Assembly: GCA_016290295.1 (NCBI GenBank) | Contig: JAEETJ010000002.1 | Coordinates: 79,583 to 143,582, forward strand | Reading direction: 5' to 3' | From: Bacteroidales bacterium | GTDB lineage: Bacteria; Bacteroidota; Bacteroidia; Bacteroidales; WCHB1-69 | DNA: 64,000 nt | Program-made: the position numbers and the translations under genes | Notes under the pieces: model-generated | The model's database searches: none | The model's input: only the letters and a program-made list of their open reading frames with translations | Told to the model about the DNA's origin: nothing | Shown here: positions 7,787 through 16,832 of the stretch, piece by piece | Numbering within the stretch: the stretch's first letter is position 1 | Layout: every line of letters begins with the position of its first letter

Positions 7787-10051
7787 ATGTCGCAGCATAA
7801 ATCAGACTATATTGAGGTAATCCGTGCTACGGAGAACAATCTGAAAGAGGTATCCCTTAGGATTCCCAAGGGGGTGATTACTGTTTTTACGGGTGTGTCT
7901 GGTTCTGGCAAATCCTCGTTGTGCCTCGATACCATTGCTGCCGAAAGTCGCCGTGAGCTGAATGAGACCTTCCCGTCATTTGTGCAGCAATACCTGCCGA
8001 AATATGGTCGCCCGAAGGTTGAGCGTATCAACAATATGCCGGTGACTATTGTCATTGACCAGAAAAAGCCGGCACCGAATAGCCGTTCCACTGTGGGCAC
8101 TTATACCGATATCCAACCCTTGCTGCGATTGCTTTTTTCGCGTGTGGGTAAGCCTTTTGTGGGCTATTCCGATACATTCTCTTTCAACCATCCCGCTGGC
8201 AGTTGTCCTCGTTGTGCAGGACTGGGAGAAATCCGCGAGCTGGACATCCACAAGTTAGTGGATTTTGACAAATCGCTGAATGACGAGGATACCATTCATT
8301 ATATTGCCTTCGGCAAAGGTGGTTGGCGCTGGATTCGCTACGCCCATAGCGGTTTGTTTGACCTGGACAAGAAAATCAAAGATTATTCGCCGGAAGAATT
8401 GGACTTGTTCTTGAATTCACCGCAGATTAAACTGAAGAATCCGCCTTCCAACTGGCCTAAAACTGCCAAATATGAAGGCTTGATACCTCGCATGTATCGC
8501 AGCATTATCAATTCGGAAGAAGGTTTGTTGCACGCTGCCGTGTTGAATCCAATGCTGACGATGGGCACTTGTCCGGACTGCAAGGGTACACGTCTGAATG
8601 AGAAAATACGCTCCTGCCGCATCAATGGCAAGAATATTGCCGAAGTGGGGGATATGCCCATCTCGGAATTGTCGAATTTTATTAATGCCATTGACGATCC
8701 CTTGGCGGTGGACATTAAGCGTGAATTGTTGAGACGTGTGCAGGCACTCAATGACATCGGCTTGGGCTATATCTCTTTGAGTCGTGGCACGGGCACTTTG
8801 TCGGGAGGCGAAGCCCAGCGCATCAAGATTGCCAAATACATTAACTCGGCACTGACCGACATGGTCTATGTGCTGGATGAACCCAGTGTGGGTCTGCATC
8901 CGCAGGATATTACCCGTTTGAAGAATTCTTTGCGTCATTTGCGTGATCATGGTAATACGGTGCTTATAGTGGAGCATCACCGTGAGATTATCGCTATGGC
9001 TGACCATGTGGTGGATATGGGACCGATGGCAGGCAGTCATGGTGGGGAAATTATGTTCGAGGGCTCGTATGATGCTTTGATTCAGTCTGATACCATTACG
9101 GGTAGAATGTTGCGCTATAAATCGGCTATGAAAACCAATCCCCGACAGCCGAATGGGTGGTTTCCGGTGCGTCATGCCGATTTGCACAACCTGAAAGACT
9201 TGTCGGTGGATATTCCGCAAGGCGTTATGACCGTTGTCGCGGGTGTCGCGGGTTCAGGCAAAAGCTCACTGATGGAATTCTTCCAAAACCATTGTGACCG
9301 TGAGACTATTTTTATTGGTCAGAAAAATATTGGTATCAACCTGCGTTCTACGCCTGCTACCTATTTGGATATATCAGATCCGATTCGTAAGCTTTTTGCA
9401 CAGGCCAACAAGGTGAATATGCAGCTGTTTTCGTTCAATTCCAAAGGTGCTTGTCCCGCTTGTGGTGGCAAGGGCGTGATTGTGTCCGATATGGCCTTTA
9501 TGGAATCCATTGAGACAGTTTGTGAGCTGTGCAATGGCAGCCGCTATGCCGAGGAAGTGCTTCAGTATAAGTACAAAGGAAAGAATATTGCCGAGGTGAT
9601 GGATTTTTCGGTGGAAGAGGCGGTGGAGTTCTTCGAGGGACAGCCCTTCCATCCTCAGCTGAAGGCCTTGCAGAAGGTGGGCTTGGGATATTTGCATCTT
9701 AACCAGACGATGACCACGTTGAGTGGGGGAGAGCTGCAACGTATTAAGCTGGCCGACCAGTTGCATCGCAAAGGTGAGGTGTTCATTATCGACGAGCCGA
9801 CCGATGGCTTGCACTTGGATGATGTGCACCGTTTGCTGAAGCTTTTCCACGAGATGACTGATGCTGGTAATACTTTAATATTGATTGAGCACAGTCTCGA
9901 TGTGATGAAAGAGGCTGATTATATCATTGAGCTGGGTCCAGGTGGTGGCGATAAAGGCGGTGAGTTGCTTTTTGCTGGTTTTCCTGCCGACATCCTCTCC
10001 GCACCCCATTCTGTCACTGCCCCATATTTACGGGAAAGCCTTCCGGAGTAA
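7787..10051 (+). CDS. UvrA-like ABC ATPase paralog lacking the UvrB-binding domain (short UvrA class)
   Basis: Two ABC modules (GVSGSGKSSL at both halves; LSGGE.QRIK signatures) and zinc modules (CPRCAGLG, CPDCKG, CPACGGKG). At 754 aa it is shorter than the roughly 940-aa canonical UvrA. The sequence goes from ..LLFSRVGKP straight to FSFNHPAGSCPRCAGLG. Confidence 0.85.
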   Translation: MSQHKSDYIEVIRATENNLKEVSLRIPKGVITVFTGVSGSGKSSLCLDTIAAESRRELNETFPSFVQQYLPKYGRPKVERINNMPVTIVIDQKKPAPNSRSTVGTYTDIQPLLRLLFSRVGKPFVGYSDTFSFNHPAGSCPRCAGLGEIRELDIHKLVDFDKSLNDEDTIHYIAFGKGGWRWIRYAHSGLFDLDKKIKDYSPEELDLFLNSPQIKLKNPPSNWPKTAKYEGLIPRMYRSIINSEEGLLHAAVLNPMLTMGTCPDCKGTRLNEKIRSCRINGKNIAEVGDMPISELSNFINAIDDPLAVDIKRELLRRVQALNDIGLGYISLSRGTGTLSGGEAQRIKIAKYINSALTDMVYVLDEPSVGLHPQDITRLKNSLRHLRDHGNTVLIVEHHREIIAMADHVVDMGPMAGSHGGEIMFEGSYDALIQSDTITGRMLRYKSAMKTNPRQPNGWFPVRHADLHNLKDLSVDIPQGVMTVVAGVAGSGKSSLMEFFQNHCDRETIFIGQKNIGINLRSTPATYLDISDPIRKLFAQANKVNMQLFSFNSKGACPACGGKGVIVSDMAFMESIETVCELCNGSRYAEEVLQYKYKGKNIAEVMDFSVEEAVEFFEGQPFHPQLKALQKVGLGYLHLNQTMTTLSGGELQRIKLADQLHRKGEVFIIDEPTDGLHLDDVHRLLKLFHEMTDAGNTLILIEHSLDVMKEADYIIELGPGGGDKGGELLFAGFPADILSAPHSVTAPYLRESLPE

Positions 10052-10054
10052 TCA

Positions 10055-10335
10055 GGTTACAGGTAGCAGTTTGCGGTGGAACCGCAACCGCCGCATAGGA
10101 TAGCAGGGTAGTAGGTAGCAGGTAGCAGGTAGTAGGTAGTAGTATGCGGTGGAACCACAGTCGCCGCATAGGATAACAGGGTAGCAGGTAGTAGGTAGTA
10201 GGTAGTAGGTAGTAGGTAGCAGGTAGCAGTTTGCGGTGGAACCGCAACCGCCGCATAGGATAGCAGGGCACAGGTAGTAGGTAGCAAGTAGCAGTTTGCG
10301 GTGGAACCGCAGTCGCCGCATAGGATAGCAGGTGT
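10055..10335. repeat. REP-like hairpin element array: 4 copies of a 29-nt core separated by (TAGGTAG)n heptamer runs
   Basis: Core TGCGGTGGAACCGCAACCGCCGCATAGGA occurs at 10072, 10145, 10232 and 10297, with variants ..CCACAGTCGCC.. It contains the hairpin TTGCGGT-GGA-ACCGCAA. The same core occurs inverted at 33.3 kb and once at 37.95 kb. Confidence 0.9.
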
Positions 10336-10371
10336 CAGTTATTTTTGTATTTTTGCAAAAAATATACCGCC

Positions 10372-11745
10372 ATGAATACCAAAGATACCATTTGTTCCAT
10401 TTCCACGCCCCAGGGCATTGGCGCTATCGCCATCGTGAGAATGTCCGGTTCCCAATCGTATGCCATTGCACAACAATTGTTTAAATTCGATTTCACTAGT
10501 TTGCATCCGTATGAAGCAAAGTATGCGGAATTATTGGATGGTAATCAACTTGTGGACCAGGTAATGGTGCTAAAATATGCAGCTCCGCATTCCTATACGG
10601 GTGAGGATATGGTGGAAATATCTTGTCATGGCTCCACCTATATCCAGCAAAAAATTCTGGAATTGTTGCTGGAGCATGGCTGCCGTATGGCCAATCCTGG
10701 CGAATATACCATGCGGGCATTTATGAATGGCAAGATGGATTTGCCTCAGGCGGAGGCTGTCGGCGATCTGATTGAGTCTCAATCCGAAGCCTCTCATCAT
10801 CTGGCAGTGAACCAGTTGAAAGGCTTGTTCTCGGCTAAAATCAAGGAGTTGCGCACGCAGTTTGTGGAATTCGCTTCTCTGTTGGAACTGGAATTGGATT
10901 TCAGCGAGGAAAATGTGGAGTTTGCCAATCGTGAACGTCTTTCGGCCTTATTGTCAGCTTTGAAAAATGAGGTTAATAGTTTGATTGACAGTTTCAAAGC
11001 AGGTAATGCTATCAAGAGCGGTATTCCGGTGGTGATTATCGGTAAACCCAATGTAGGCAAGTCAACCTTGCTGAATACGCTCTTGCAGGATGAACGTGCG
11101 ATAGTTTCCCACATTCCTGGCACCACTCGCGATACTATTGAAGATGTGCTGAATATCGGTGGGGTTACTTTCCGTTTTATTGATACAGCAGGCATTAGAA
11201 ATTCTGATGATGAGATTGAAAATTATGGCATTGAAAGAACCTATCAGGCTGTGGCCAAGGCAGATGTGATACTCTATATGGTGGATGCCGCTAACACTTC
11301 AGTGGATGAAATTCAGGAGGAAATCAATTTCCTGAAAGAAGAGGTGGATATGTCGGATAAGAAGATGATTATAATAGCGAATAAAATTGATAGCCTGACC
11401 GAAATGCCGCGTCAAATCAGAAAACTAAAGGATTATGACCATGTCTATATCTCCGCAAAAAGAAAGGTGAATATCGAGGCAGTGACGGACTTGCTGCTGG
11501 CATGGGCATCGCAGCACAAAAAAACGGATTATGCCATGTTGACCAATGTGCGCCATTATGATATTTTCTTGAAAATCAGAACTTCCATAGAAAATATTGA
11601 AAAAGGCTTGGCGGATGCTGTGCCCACGGACTTGGTGGCTATTGATGTGCGTGAAGCTCTGCATTATTTGGGTATGGTGACGGGCGAAATCGCTACCGAC
11701 GACATCCTCAACACCATCTTCGGCCATTTTTGTATCGGAAAATAG
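10372..11745 (+). CDS. mnmE: tRNA modification GTPase MnmE (TrmE)
   Basis: Shows the N-terminal DTI.SISTP.G.GAIAIVR.SG, G-domain GKPNVGKSTLLN / DTAG, and the C-terminal FCIGK hallmark. Start moved to the ATG at 10372 because a TATTTTTG -7 box (10348-10355) lies inside the longer ORF. Confidence 0.95.
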   Translation: MNTKDTICSISTPQGIGAIAIVRMSGSQSYAIAQQLFKFDFTSLHPYEAKYAELLDGNQLVDQVMVLKYAAPHSYTGEDMVEISCHGSTYIQQKILELLLEHGCRMANPGEYTMRAFMNGKMDLPQAEAVGDLIESQSEASHHLAVNQLKGLFSAKIKELRTQFVEFASLLELELDFSEENVEFANRERLSALLSALKNEVNSLIDSFKAGNAIKSGIPVVIIGKPNVGKSTLLNTLLQDERAIVSHIPGTTRDTIEDVLNIGGVTFRFIDTAGIRNSDDEIENYGIERTYQAVAKADVILYMVDAANTSVDEIQEEINFLKEEVDMSDKKMIIIANKIDSLTEMPRQIRKLKDYDHVYISAKRKVNIEAVTDLLLAWASQHKKTDYAMLTNVRHYDIFLKIRTSIENIEKGLADAVPTDLVAIDVREALHYLGMVTGEIATDDILNTIFGHFCIGK

Positions 11746-11873
11746 ACGAAACCAATTAATAGTTAACAATTAATAATTAATAGTTAATACTCGATATCTA
11801 TTATTGTCACATAAACTTTAACTGTCAACTATCAATTGTCAACTGTCAACTATCAACTTAATTCCCTGTTCTA
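11746..11873. repeat. Heptad-phased intergenic spacer (nnnTTAA and TGTCAAC words)
   Basis: caattaa|tagttaa|caattaa|taattaa|tagttaa|...|ctttaac|tgtcaac|tatcaat|tgtcaac|tgtcaac|tatcaac| all stay in one 7-nt phase. Confidence 0.85.
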
Positions 11874-12515
11874 ATGAAAATCTCTTTATTTGATGACATG
11901 TCCCTGTGTACAGAAGCAGAGGTGCAGCGCTTGCTTCCTTTGGTGAGTGAGCAGCGGCGTGAGCAGGCTCTGCGTTTCAGGCATTTGTTTGGACAGTTCG
12001 CCTGTTTGAAATCCTACGAGATGCTCAAACAATGTGTTGAGGAAGTCATTTCAGATGTTTCAGAAGAACTGGAATATAGACAACGCTTGCAACAATGGAA
12101 TGGCTCGTTTGTGTATAATGAGCATGGAAAACCGATGTTGCAGGATGCGAAGTCTGGTGAAGCTATAGCAGGTGTTGACTTCAGTATTAGTCATTGCAAA
12201 GAGGGAATTGTCGTTGTTTTGGCGTCCCAGCCTGTCGGGGTGGATATTGAGTCCTATCGCCATGCGGAGGATTCTTTGCTAAAGAAAACCATGAGTGATA
12301 AGGAAATCATGATGATAAAAGCCTCTTATAATCCGGCACGGGAATTTACTTGTTTCTGGACCGCAAAAGAGGCCTTATTGAAATTGAAGGGTACGGGGAT
12401 TGTTGATGAGCTACCTCAAGTTTTGTCAGGTTTACACCAAGCACCATACACCATCAAAGTGCATGATGGTGTCGATAAAGGCTATGTCTATACGGTAATT
12501 TCCCAGCAATTGTAA
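11874..12515 (+). CDS. 4'-phosphopantetheinyl transferase (Sfp-type)
   Basis: VGVDIE... and FWTAKEALLKLKGTG match the PPTase motifs (G.DiE ; W..KEa..K..G.G). Confidence 0.75.
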   Translation: MKISLFDDMSLCTEAEVQRLLPLVSEQRREQALRFRHLFGQFACLKSYEMLKQCVEEVISDVSEELEYRQRLQQWNGSFVYNEHGKPMLQDAKSGEAIAGVDFSISHCKEGIVVVLASQPVGVDIESYRHAEDSLLKKTMSDKEIMMIKASYNPAREFTCFWTAKEALLKLKGTGIVDELPQVLSGLHQAPYTIKVHDGVDKGYVYTVISQQL

Positions 12516-12576
12516 ATTTCCTTCAGAGCCCTTTGTGATTTATTGTTAATAATATTTGCTTTATTATTCAAAATAT

Positions 12577-12608
12577 TAATAATCAATTAAATTAAAAATT
12601 GATTATTA
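12577..12608. promoter_or_regulatory. Perfect 12-bp inverted repeat (possible operator) upstream of the ORF6N-like gene
   Basis: TAATAATCAATT (12577-12588), 8-nt spacer, AATTGATTATTA (12597-12608). A TActTTTG -7 box lies about 25 nt downstream. Confidence 0.3.
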
Positions 12609-12665
12609 TGTTATTTGCATTTCTGTTCGCCGTACTTTTGTGGAAACAAATAAAAACAAATAGTT

Positions 12666-13031
12666 ATGAAAAGTGATTTTGAATTAGAGAGTGCAATGTT
12701 CACGTTAAAAGCGCAAAGGGTGTTGTCTGTAGAAGAAGCTGCCAAGGTGTTTGAGGTTGAACCCGAAGAAATTACCAGTCTTGTAGAGCAGTACAAAGAC
12801 AGGTTTCCACAGGGATATGCTTATAAGGTAAAGAGGGAAGAAAAGGAGGACATGGTCTTTACCGAAAAAGGAATGTATATGCTTTCTGCTTTGGTAAAAT
12901 CGCCTAAGGCAAAGGAGAAATGCATAGACATGGTGGAGTCGTATAAGGTGCTGATGGATTTTGCGGATGAGATGTTCAACGCTTTGGAGCATGCAAGGAA
13001 TGGTGAGTTCAAGGAAGAAGAGTTAAAATGA
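12666..13031 (+). CDS. Divergent ORF6N/KilA-N-like DNA-binding domain protein
   Basis: ..RVLSVEEAAKVFEVEPEEITSLVEQYKDRFPQGYAY...FTEKGMYMLSALVKSPKA follows the ORF6N pattern (..vmlD.dLA.LY.V....ln..v..N..RFP.df.f....FTE.G..mLs..L.S..A). Compare the clearer copy at 61260. Confidence 0.45.
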   Translation: MKSDFELESAMFTLKAQRVLSVEEAAKVFEVEPEEITSLVEQYKDRFPQGYAYKVKREEKEDMVFTEKGMYMLSALVKSPKAKEKCIDMVESYKVLMDFADEMFNALEHARNGEFKEEELK

Positions 13032-13062
13032 AAACGGGAACCCCGTAGAGTTCCCGTTTTTC
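13031..13062. terminator. Bidirectional rho-independent terminator between convergent genes
   Basis: AAA-ACGGGAA-(10-nt loop)-TTCCCGT-TTTTT. Confidence 0.7.
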
Positions 13063-13085
13063 TTAATCAGATATGAATCTGAAAA

Positions 13086-14429
13086 TTAGTAGGCAATGCC
13101 TTGAGCGATCATAGCGTCAGCAACCTTGATGAAACCGGCGATGTTGGCACCCTTAACATAGTTGATGTAACCATTCTTTTCAGTACCATATTTCACGCAG
13201 TTAGCATGGATGCTGTTCATGATGCCATGCAGTTTTTCGTCAACTTCTTCGCGAGTCCATGACAGGTGCATTGCGTTCTGGCTCATTTCAAGACCTGAAG
13301 TAGCAACACCACCAGCGTTAGCAGCCTTACCAGGAGCGAAAGAAACTTTCTTCTTCTGCAGAGCTACAACAGCGTCAGCGGTGCAACCCATGTTAGAAAC
13401 TTCAACAACGTATTTAACCTTGTTGGCGATCAGTTTCTTAGCATCTTCACCGTTCAGCTCGTTCTGGATAGCGCAAGTCATAGCGATTTCGCAGGGAACT
13501 TCCCATACTTTTTTGCCTTTGAAGAATTTAGCTGATTTGAATTTCTTAGCGAAGGGTTCAACAACGTTGTTACGTGTTGCGTTCAGTTCGTCCATGTAAG
13601 CGATCTTTTCGGGAGTGGTGATACCTTCCTCGTCGAGGATGTAACCATCAGGACCTGAAATAGCAACCAATTTAGCACCGAGTTCAGCCAATTTCAGAGC
13701 TGTACCCCAAGCTACGTTACCGAAACCAGAGATGATGCAGCGTTTGCCTTTCAGTTTGTCTTTCTTAGCGGCCAACATGCCTTCCAAGAAATAAACAGCA
13801 CCAAAACCGGTAGCTTCAGGACGGATCAATGAGCCACCCCATTCCAAACCTTTACCAGTGAGAACGCCAACGTGTTCGCCACGGAGTCTCTTGTACTGAC
13901 CGTACATGAAACCGATTTCGCGGCCACCAACGCCGATATCACCAGCGGGAACGTCAGTGTCAGCACCGATGTATTTCTGCAGTTCAGTCATGAAAGCCTG
14001 GCAGAAACGCATAACTTCACCTTCTGATTTGCCTTTGGGATCGAAATCAGAACCACCTTTACCACCGCCCATAGGCAGAGTAGTCAGTGAGTTTTTGAAA
14101 GTCTGCTCGAAAGCCAAGAATTTCATGGTGTCTTCAGTTACAGTCGGATGGAAACGGATACCACCTTTGTAGGGTCCGATAGCCATGTTGTGCTGTACAC
14201 GGTAACCGCGGTTCACTTGGATTTGGCCTTTATCGTCAACCCAGGTAACTTTGAATTTCACAATTCTTTCAGGTTCCAGAATTCTTTCAACGATCTTGTA
14301 CTGATCGTATTTAGGATGTTCATTCACGAAATCGCAAATGGTTTCCAAAACTTCGGTTGCAGCCTGAATGTACAGAGGTTGTCCCGGATTTTTTGCCGTT
14401 ACGTCGGCTACTAATTTTTTAAGATCCAT
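13086..14429 (-). CDS. gdhA: NAD(P)-specific glutamate dehydrogenase
   Basis: KGGIRFHPTV, PMGGGKGGSDFDPKGKS and GFGNVAW are Glu/Leu/Phe/Val dehydrogenase family signatures. 447 aa. Confidence 0.95.
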   Translation of the reverse strand: MDLKKLVADVTAKNPGQPLYIQAATEVLETICDFVNEHPKYDQYKIVERILEPERIVKFKVTWVDDKGQIQVNRGYRVQHNMAIGPYKGGIRFHPTVTEDTMKFLAFEQTFKNSLTTLPMGGGKGGSDFDPKGKSEGEVMRFCQAFMTELQKYIGADTDVPAGDIGVGGREIGFMYGQYKRLRGEHVGVLTGKGLEWGGSLIRPEATGFGAVYFLEGMLAAKKDKLKGKRCIISGFGNVAWGTALKLAELGAKLVAISGPDGYILDEEGITTPEKIAYMDELNATRNNVVEPFAKKFKSAKFFKGKKVWEVPCEIAMTCAIQNELNGEDAKKLIANKVKYVVEVSNMGCTADAVVALQKKKVSFAPGKAANAGGVATSGLEMSQNAMHLSWTREEVDEKLHGIMNSIHANCVKYGTEKNGYINYVKGANIAGFIKVADAMIAQGIAY

Positions 14430-14520
14430 AATATAATTTTTTAATGGTTTGTGTTTGAATTTTTGCGTTGCAAAGGTAGCAATATTTTGTGAAATTTCCT
14501 ACCTTTTTGGAAAATTATTT

Positions 14521-14889
14521 TTACGACTTAAAAATGAAATACACAGCTAAAATCAGACAGATAAAACCAATGAGATGGTTGTATGTAAATTGCTGATTCT
14601 TAAATAGTAAGATTGAAAAAATGGAGAAGACGGTCAGGGTGATGACTTCCTGGATGACCTTCAGCTGCCAGATGGTAAATGGTCCTCCGTTTTCCACAAA
14701 GCCGATTTTATTGGCAGGAACTTGAAAACAATATTCAAATAGTGCGATTCCCCAGCTGATGAGGATGATAAGTGGCAAGCCCAAGTTGCTGAACCAGCTG
14801 AAGTCTTTGAGCTTGAGATGCCCGTACCAGGCGAAAGTCATGAAAATGTTGGAAATAATCAGCAGAACAATAGTATAAACAGCTTTCAT
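14521..14889 (-). CDS. DMT-superfamily small membrane protein (DUF486)
   Basis: SNIFMTFAWYGHLK...WGIALFEYCFQVPANKIG...QLKVIQEVITL is the DUF486 consensus. Confidence 0.8.
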   Translation of the reverse strand: MKAVYTIVLLIISNIFMTFAWYGHLKLKDFSWFSNLGLPLIILISWGIALFEYCFQVPANKIGFVENGGPFTIWQLKVIQEVITLTVFSIFSILLFKNQQFTYNHLIGFICLILAVYFIFKS

Positions 14890-14960
14890 ACTTTTGAAGA
14901 CTTTTTACTTAATGCGAATCAGTTGTTGTTAGTGGTGGAGTGGGGGCATGAAAGTGTTTT

Positions 14961-16733
14961 TTATACCTCGCTTGCTCGAATATCCTTAATGTTCAACTGG
15001 ATGGTTGTTTTGTTATTCCAGGTGTTCTCTTCAACGTGATAAACAATGTCGAATTTCTTATTATTGGTTATCAGGTCGAACTTCTCATACAGATTGTATC
15101 CGATTCCATCGAAGGGCGGGGTGGCTCTGTCGGGATAAAGCACACGCATTTTGATATGTTTGCCCTTGTTGCCGACCACCTTGCCGCTGCCATCCTCTAC
15201 CACGCCATTGGTTTGGAACACAGGAGCCATATTGCCAGGTCCAAAAGGAGCAAAACGGTTCAGGTTGGCAACAAAGCTTGGGGTTATATCTGACAAGTCA
15301 AGAGGTAAATCGACATTGATTTCAGGGATGTAAGCATCCTCTTCCAGATTCTCGGCCACGTATTGCTCAAAACGTTCCATGAATTCTTCCAGATTCTCTT
15401 CTTTCATGGAGAGGCCAGCGGCGAATTTGTGACCGCCAAAGTCTTCCAGCAAATCGGAGCAACTGTCAATACCGTCGTAAATGTTGAATTCCTTGACGGA
15501 ACGTGCGGAGCCTGTAATCAAACCGTTGGAGGAACGGGTGAGCACGATGGTAGGTTTGTAGAACTCTTCCACCAGACGAGAGGCCACAATCCCGATAATA
15601 CCTTTGAACCAGTTGGGGTTGTAAATGACGATACTTTTGCGTTTCTCGTATTCGTGGCTGGTCTTGATGGTCTGGATAGCTTCTTCCGTGGCGTTGCGGT
15701 CTTTCTCTTTACGAGCCTCGTTTTGTGTGTTGATGGTGTTTCCGATGTCAGCGGACTTGTCCTCGTCTTCAACGATAAAAAGACGGACGGATTCTTTGCC
15801 GCTTTTCATTCTACCAGCCGCATTGATACGCGGTCCCACGTAAAATACCAAGTCAGAGATGGAAATGACACGGCTGAAGATGGTTTCTTCTTTCAGTGGG
15901 AAATGGATTTTAATACCCGCTTGTTCCAGGATGGATTTGATACCCATGCGCGGGAACTTGTTGATCATTTCGAGGCCGAAATGGGCTAATATTCTGTTTT
16001 CGCCAGTGATGGCCACAATGTCGGATGCGATGCTGATAGCCACCAGGTCCATACGGGAAAGCCACAACTCATCGGGCAGGTCGAAGCGTTTGCAATAGCC
16101 TTGGATCAGCTTAAAGCCGACACCACAGCCTGACAATTCCTTATAGGGATAGGGACAGTCTTTCCGTTTGGGGTCGAGCACGGCTACTGCATTGGGAAGT
16201 GCGTCACCTTCAAGGTGGTGGTCGCAGACAATCACGTCAATGCCATACTTGTTGGCGATATCCACCTTGTCGTTGGCCTTGATGCCGCAGTCCAAAGAGA
16301 TGAGCAGGTTAACCCCTCTTTCATAGCAGTATTCCACGCCCTCTTCGGAAATGCCATAGCCTTCCAGATAGCGGTCGGGGATATAGAAATCTACGAATTT
16401 GGAAGCATCCGCACCGATGATTTCGCACAAAAAGGAATAAAGCAGCGCAACGGCGGAGGTCCCGTCCACGTCATAGTCGCCATAGACCATGATTTTCTCG
16501 TTGTTGATAATGGCTTGTGAAAGCCTCTCCACAGCCTTGTCCATGTCCTTCATGAGGAAGGGATCATGCAACTTGGAAATGTCAGGGTTAAAAAAATCGT
16601 TTGCCAGTTCGACACTGGTGATGCCGCGCGCAATCAGCAGCTTTGCCAAGGGTTTCTCAATAGATAGACTATGGCTTAGCTCATCCGCAAGCTTATCATC
16701 AGGGGGAGTAGCAGCTATCCATCTCTTATTCAT
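14961..16733 (-). CDS. recJ: Single-stranded-DNA-specific exonuclease RecJ
   Basis: DHH motifs (VYGDYDVDGTS, DCG, VCDHH) and DHHA1 (GGHKFAAG). Start set at MNKRW (16733) because a TATATTTG -7 box lies within the longer ORF. Confidence 0.9.
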   Translation of the reverse strand: MNKRWIAATPPDDKLADELSHSLSIEKPLAKLLIARGITSVELANDFFNPDISKLHDPFLMKDMDKAVERLSQAIINNEKIMVYGDYDVDGTSAVALLYSFLCEIIGADASKFVDFYIPDRYLEGYGISEEGVEYCYERGVNLLISLDCGIKANDKVDIANKYGIDVIVCDHHLEGDALPNAVAVLDPKRKDCPYPYKELSGCGVGFKLIQGYCKRFDLPDELWLSRMDLVAISIASDIVAITGENRILAHFGLEMINKFPRMGIKSILEQAGIKIHFPLKEETIFSRVISISDLVFYVGPRINAAGRMKSGKESVRLFIVEDEDKSADIGNTINTQNEARKEKDRNATEEAIQTIKTSHEYEKRKSIVIYNPNWFKGIIGIVASRLVEEFYKPTIVLTRSSNGLITGSARSVKEFNIYDGIDSCSDLLEDFGGHKFAAGLSMKEENLEEFMERFEQYVAENLEEDAYIPEINVDLPLDLSDITPSFVANLNRFAPFGPGNMAPVFQTNGVVEDGSGKVVGNKGKHIKMRVLYPDRATPPFDGIGYNLYEKFDLITNNKKFDIVYHVEENTWNNKTTIQLNIKDIRASEV

Positions 16734-16832
16734 TGTTTGTATATTTATTTTAAGATTGCAAATATACAAAAATTTTTGAATAAGAATAACTGAATTACAA
16801 TTTTTTTTTAATTTTAAAAAATGAAAAGAGAA

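Noticed and set aside
8417-9220. Long antisense or alternative-frame ORFs inside clear genes. Examples are 8417-9220, 15363-15989, 17448-17978, 22915-23526, 31204-31743, 34487-35335, 41079-41615, 46808-47320 and 5944-6447.
   Set aside because: Each lies wholly within a gene with strong family motifs on the other strand or frame. Their translations are low-complexity or biased (H/R/Q/L-rich) with no motifs. They are typical shadow ORFs.
10014-10321. Three overlapping minus-strand ORFs encoding YYLLPTT-type repeats.
   Set aside because: They are translations of the REP-like/TAGGTAG repeat array. All three frames are open only because the repeat lacks stops on that strand.
10072-10325. Possible CRISPR array (29-nt repeat, 36-58-nt spacers, 4 copies).
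   Set aside because: The spacers are low-complexity TAGGTAG runs with irregular lengths. The repeat occurs dispersed elsewhere in both orientations, and no cas genes are present. It fits REP-like elements, not CRISPR.
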